This document shows positions 58,400 through 64,000 of a stretch of DNA of 64,000 nucleotides, in pieces; within the stretch, counting starts at the first letter, position 1; the number at the start of each line of letters is the position of its first letter. The position numbers and the translations under genes are program-made. The stretch lies in NCBI RefSeq assembly GCF_009914755.1, contig NC_060927.1. The stretch is one strand, 5' to 3'. The notes under the pieces are model-generated. The model searched no databases. It was given only the letters and a program-made list of their open reading frames with translations, and was not told the origin of the DNA. The DNA is from the human T2T-CHM13v2.0 reference genome, Homo sapiens.

Positions 58400-58882
58400 A
58401 TGACACAGTCTGCCCTGGCCATTTACTTATTTGCTCTTAAATTTATTACTCGCTCTTTCTCTGCCCTGTTCCCCACATACTTCCTGAGCCCCTTGCTTTC
58501 TGGCTTTCTGGAAGTTTGGCTAATGAGGGGCTGGAGGGCAGGAGGAGGAGACAAGCCAGAGTATTTCTTCATATCGCTCTCTGCTTTGGACGGTGTCCAT
58601 GATGGCAGTTATAGCTCCTGTTAGACAACCTCTTTGTCATTGGTCCAACTGCCATAGAACAGAGAGGGAGAACTTCCAGCTTCCACCAGGAGTTCCAGTT
58701 CTGGGTTCCTGTAATACCATCTCTCATGCAGCTCAAGAGTAGTAGCTATGTCTTCCTGTGTTACTTGCTAGGCAGCTTCATCATCTTCTGTTTGACTTTT
58801 CAGCTCTTCTATTTCCAGCATAATCAGTACTCTGCATTTGAAATACCAGAGTGGTTCCTATTTTCTGACCCTGAATGTTATA
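58400..58882 (+). mobile_element. LTR33 (ERVL) solo LTR
   Basis: 'tggagggcaggaggaggagacaagccagagtatttct', 'ttccagcttccacc', 'tttgaaataccagagtggttcctattttctgaccctga'. Confidence 0.75.
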
Positions 58883-59289
58883 TGATGAACAAGCCACGGC
58901 TTTGTAGAAAGGAAAATAAAAAAGACTAGTTTGAATTCCAAATTTGCCCATTAACTAGCTAAGATTGTAAGAATGAGTTATTTTACCTTTTTAACTAAAA
59001 TTATTGGAATAATAATATTTACATTGCAAGATGTTTCTAAAGATTAAATGAGAAAACACATGTGAAATGGTGCTTGGCACATGTTAAGTGTCCAATAAAC
59101 ATATTTTGTTTCCTTTTATTTTCATGAACTACTCAGGATGAAAAAACAAGCTACTCTTACAAGAATTATAAAACTATATACAATATACAAGGATACAAGG
59201 AGATACTATGTAGAACATAATCACCTACTATAAGTATCTCACAGCTCTAACTCAAATCATAGAATCTTTTCTCTGCTATGAAACTTCCC

Positions 59290-59690
59290 CTATTAGTCTG
59301 CTAGGGCTGTCATAACAAATACCACAGACTGGGTGACTTTAACAATTTAAGTTTATTTCTTACAGTTCAGGAAGCTAGAAGTCCCTGATCAAGGTGCCAG
59401 CTGATTCAGTTTCTGAGGAGGGTCCTCTTTGTGGCTTGTAGATGGCCACCTTTTTGCTATGCTTTCACATGGTCTTTCTTGGGCATGTGAATGCATAGAG
59501 AGATAAAGAGAGAAAGCTCTCTGGTGTCTCTTCTTATAGGACACTAATCCTATTAGATCAGGGCCCCACCCACATGAACTCATTCAACCTTAATTACTTT
59601 CTCTAAGACCCTATCTCCAAATATAACCACACTGGGGTTAGGTATTCAAGATATGAATATGGAAAAAACACAACCCTTCAGCCTATAATA
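59290..59690 (-). mobile_element. MLT1A0-like MaLR LTR
   Basis: 'tattagtctgctagggctgtcataacaaataccacagactgggtg', 'ctctctggtgtctcttcttataggacactaatcctatt'. Confidence 0.85.
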
Positions 59691-60932
59691 CTTCCTCTGT
59701 ACACATTTATGGTATAAGGGACAGAGGCATCCTTCCCTATTTAAAACAATAACTAGATCTAGTTTGTAATATTATTTTGCCAATATTCTTTAATCTAAAT
59801 TTTTCACTATTTCAAATTTTCAAATTTCACAAAACCAATGTGTTCTACTTTATAAATCTTGAAGGTTCAAGTCTATATCTACTACTTTAACTTCTTTCTA
59901 GTCTCTGGACTCATTTTGTGTCAGTGCTGCATTTAAGTTTGGAAAAGCAGACATAAAATTTAATTTGGTAATAGTTCAGATAGTTACTGAGATAGAGAAA
60001 TTCAGGGATAAATGAACAGACCTAAAAATCAGCCACATAAACGAAATGCTGAGGTCTGGCAAAACTTAGTGCATTTACAGCAAGTCATTCATTCATGAAA
60101 GGCTCAGGTCCATATACCAAGAAATGAAGAGATATAAAACAATCTAATTTTTTAGGTATATCGTATTATCATGATTATTAAATTTGCAAAATACTTTCAA
60201 AATCTATTGTCTTTATAATAAAATATAAATATTGGACATTTGTGTTAACCTAACTCCTTATTTAATTTCTAATATATGAAATAGTCAGCATAACTTGGAA
60301 AATATGTTATTTTCCAAGCTCAAGTTTCCTATGAGGGTCAAAAAGAACATTGGGCAATGTTGACACAAATTATTGTTTATATTTATCCACAGACTAAAAT
60401 TATTGGTCAAATTTTTAACGGATACCTAAAGAAAAACCCTATTTCTTATATATGACTATCTAAGGATGATGTCAGTGGTTTCCCAGGAATGATAGGTTTC
60501 TCAGATATTTGTTTAAAGTCTCATATTGGATTTCCACAGGTAATCTTGGCAAAAACACGAGGAGCCTGGGCATTGAATCTCACTTCAAAAAGTCAGTGGG
60601 AAATAACTTTCTTATGCTGAGTAGCATTGGAAGGCTTCATAAGACTCATTAATCTGGTCTGCTTCTAATGCTGTATTCATTGCCACTATTCCATTTTCAG
60701 CAGAAAAAAAAAAACAGTGCTCACAAAGTGCATCTTACAAGATGTATCAATGCCATAGAAAGTGCTATCAACTTTGATAAAATAAATCCACTTCCACAAA
60801 TCCAACCAAAGGACCTACAGATTGTGATTCATATATAAAGATGCTAATTACTCCATTATCTATAATGATAAAAAATTAGAAGTCCATAAATATCCTACAG
60901 AAGGAAAATTGTTTAATTAGGCTATATCCATT

Positions 60933-61294
60933 TGTCTTAGCCCATTTGGGCAGCCAGAACAAAGTACTGTAGACTGGGTGGCTTATAAATAACAGAAATT
61001 ATTTCTTACAGTTCTGGATGCTGGGAATCTGAGATCTGGGTACCAGCAATGGTCAGGTTCTGGTAAGGGCCCTCTTCCTTGGTTGCAAACTGCCATCTTC
61101 TCTTTCTATCCTCAAATGGCAGAAGCGTTGAAGGACCTCTGTAGGCCCTTTTTAAAGGCACTGATAACATTCATGAGAACTTCACAATTATGACCTAATT
61201 TCCTCCCAACTGCCCAACCTCCTAATATCATCACATTGGGAGCTGGGATTTCAACATGTAAATTTTGAGGGACATAAACATGCAGTCCATTGCA
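60933..61294 (-). mobile_element. MSTD/MLT1A-like MaLR LTR
   Basis: tgtcttagcccatttggg...agactgggtggcttataaataacagaaatt ... aaacatgcagtccattgca; flanks ccatt/ctatt. Confidence 0.85.
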
Positions 61295-61656
61295 CTATTC
61301 AATGGCAATTAAATCTATATTTAAAATAAAAATGGGGTGATTACAATTATATTTTATAAAGACAACAGAGGAGCAGATGTTCTCACTTTTTTATAAGAAG
61401 CATCTACTTTTCTTTCATTTTCTCTCATTTTATGATCTTTTCAACTATGGCTACGAGATTACACTGATGCAATTTACTGATACCATGAAACAACAGCTTC
61501 ATATCTATTCCTATTTGCCATGTGATGATTGCATGCCTCATAAGGAAATGGATAGAAACATCCTTCCCTGTAGACTGTAAATAAGCATCAACATACTTCC
61601 AGTCTGTCCTTCTTCCAGTGCTCCTATTTTCCTCACAAATGCTGAGGTGGCACCTA

Positions 61657-61994
<338 letters not shown>

Positions 61995-62094
61995 CTGGTT
62001 AAAAACCTTTGCTTAACTTAGGCTTCTTGTTCTCACGACTCTGAGATCAGAAAGTGCCTTCTTCAGATTAGGACTCATGGTTCACTACAACAAA

Positions 62095-62308
62095 AGCCAG
62101 GGTGTAGAAAGTGGTTAAGTACATGAAACCCAGGTTCAGATGGTGTGGTTTGGCTCTCAACTCTGTCATCTATTTACCAGGAAAGACATTTAACCTCTCT
62201 CTGCTCAGTTTCATATTCTGTAAACTGGGTTTACTTGATGATTAAATGAATATATATGTCACTTAGAGCAGTATCTGGCATATAACACTTAATAAGTGCT
62301 TACCATTA
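62095..62308 (+). mobile_element. MIR SINE, host of the MER11 insertion
   Basis: 'ttaacctctctctgctcagtttcatattctgtaaa', 'cacttagagcagtatctggcatata'; the tail 'ctattattgtt' resumes after 63389. Confidence 0.7.
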
Positions 62309-63383
62309 TATCAGGGAACCTGCCCCCAGTAGTCACGTAGGTTCTTTTCTATTTTCCCTAAGTGTCAGCTGGGTTGAGAAATAAAGGGACAGAGTACAAA
62401 AGAGAGAAATTTTGAAGCCGGGCGTCCTGGGGAGACATCACATGTTGGTAGGTTCCGTGATGACCCACAAGCTGCAAAACCAGCAAGTTTTTATTAGTGA
62501 TTTTCAAAGCGGAGGGAGTGTACGAACAGGCTGTGGGTCACAGAGATCATGTGCTTCACAAGGTAATAGAATATCACAAGGCAAATGGAGGCAGGGTGAG
62601 ATCACAGGACCACAGGACTGGGGCAAAATTAAAATTGCTAATGAAGTTTCAGACACCATTGTCATTGATAACATCTTATCAAGAGACAGGGTTTGAGAGC
62701 AACTGGTCTGACCAAAATTTATTAGGCAGGAATTTCCTTGTCCTAATAAGCCCGGGAGCACTATGGGAGACTGGGGCTATTTCATCCCTACAGTTTTGAC
62801 CATAGAAGACAGCCACACCCAAGGGGGCCATTTTAGAGGCCTACCCTCAGGGGTGCATTCTCTTTCTCAGGGATGTTCCTTGCTGAGAAAAAGAATTCAG
62901 CGATATTTCTCCCATTTGCTTTTGAAAGAAGAGAAATATGGCTCTATTCCGCCTGGCTCACTGGCGGTCAGAGTTTAAGGTTTTCTCTCTTGTTCCCTGA
63001 ACATTGCTGTTATCCTGTTCTTTTTTCAAGGTGCCCAGATTTCATATTTTTCAAACACACATGCTCTACAATTTGTGCAGTTAACGCAATCATCACAGGG
63101 TCCTGAGGCAACATACATCCTCCTTAGCTTATGAGATGACAGGATTAAGAGATTAAAGTAAAGACAGGCATAGGAAATCACAAGGGTATTGACTGGGGAA
63201 GTGATAAGTGTCCATGAAATCTTCACAATTTATGTTTAGAGACTGCAGTAAAGACAGGCATAAGAAATTATAAAAGTATTAATTTGGGGAACTAATAAAT
63301 GCCCACGAAATCTTCACAATTTATGTTCTTCCACCATGGCTTCAGCCGGTCCCTCTGTTTGGGGTCCCTGACTTCTCACAACA
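62309..63383 (-). mobile_element. MER11 (HERVK11/HML-8) solo LTR, full length (1075 bp)
   Basis: Reverse complement begins tgttgtgagaagtcagggacccc (MER11 5' end); perfect 6-bp TSD ccatta (62303-62308, 63384-63389), the length typical of ERVK. Confidence 0.93.
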
Positions 63384-64000
63384 CCATTACTATTATTGTT
63401 ATATGAAAGAGTGTCAGATCCTGTATTTACAGGTATTGAGTAATATTGTGGTAGTGTTTTGTGTATTGAGGATTAATATTTTATTGCACTTTTGATAAGA
63501 AAAACAATGATTAATGAGTCAAGGAATATGATTTCATGAGTAGAAGAGAATTTAGAAGATACTTAACACAACCACTATTTTTGAAAAGGTGTTCAGAGAT
63601 TTCAACTTGAACAAGCTATACAGTCAGTTTTTAGCCATAACAATCAGGAATCCAGGCATCTCATGACTTCCTTCTTCCCCAAGGAGACACTAGACCCCCG
63701 TGATGGCAATACAGCCCCTGAAAAGGCTCTAAATTGCACTGAAGAGGAAGAGTAGGGAAACATTATGTGTTTTCCTAGTAGATGAGGTAAAACTGGGAAA
63801 AGATTCTTAGCCTATCACTCCAAAATTTGAGGTAAATGACACAATCTCCCTTTTAATTTAAAACTGTTGTCAGCTTCAACAAATAGAGCTGCTAGTCTAA
63901 GTGCAATGGACACCTGTTTCTCTTTGAGAAAATATTTTAAACATCAGATGTAAATTAAAATGTTTCACATATTTCAAATATGATGTAATTCATAAACTGT

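Noticed and set aside
63157-63327. Tandem duplication of about 90 bp (agtaaagacaggcat...aaatcttcacaatttatgtt x2)
   Set aside because: Known internal repeat of the MER11 LTR consensus, not locus-specific.

Overview
AT-rich, CpG-depleted primate genomic DNA (Alu, L1PA, MST, MER11; most likely human or another catarrhine). It reads as the interior of a very long intron or intergenic DNA and is dominated by nested transposable elements. No intact multi-exon protein-coding structure is visible; the listed ORFs are mostly repeat or microsatellite artefacts. Best non-trivial signals: (1) a candidate 27-nt frame-preserving + strand microexon at 48089-48115 with neural-type splicing context (163-nt AG-free zone, UGC/CUGAC, GTAAGT donor, downstream UGCAUG, CpG-retaining flank); (2) a short ST13/Hip processed-pseudogene fragment with a perfect 16-bp TSD, ending just after a proximal AATAAA; (3) a 52-bp inverted duplication with a fold-back junction around a (TA/TG)n tract, suggesting replication template switching; (4) an ancient Tc1/mariner-type element with TIRs and a readable transposase C-terminus; (5) a possible recursive-splicing (YAG|GTAAGT) site. 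I could not identify the host gene, and I see no evidence for a new multi-component biological system. Repeat family names come from recall of consensus sequences, and boundaries of old repeats are approximate.
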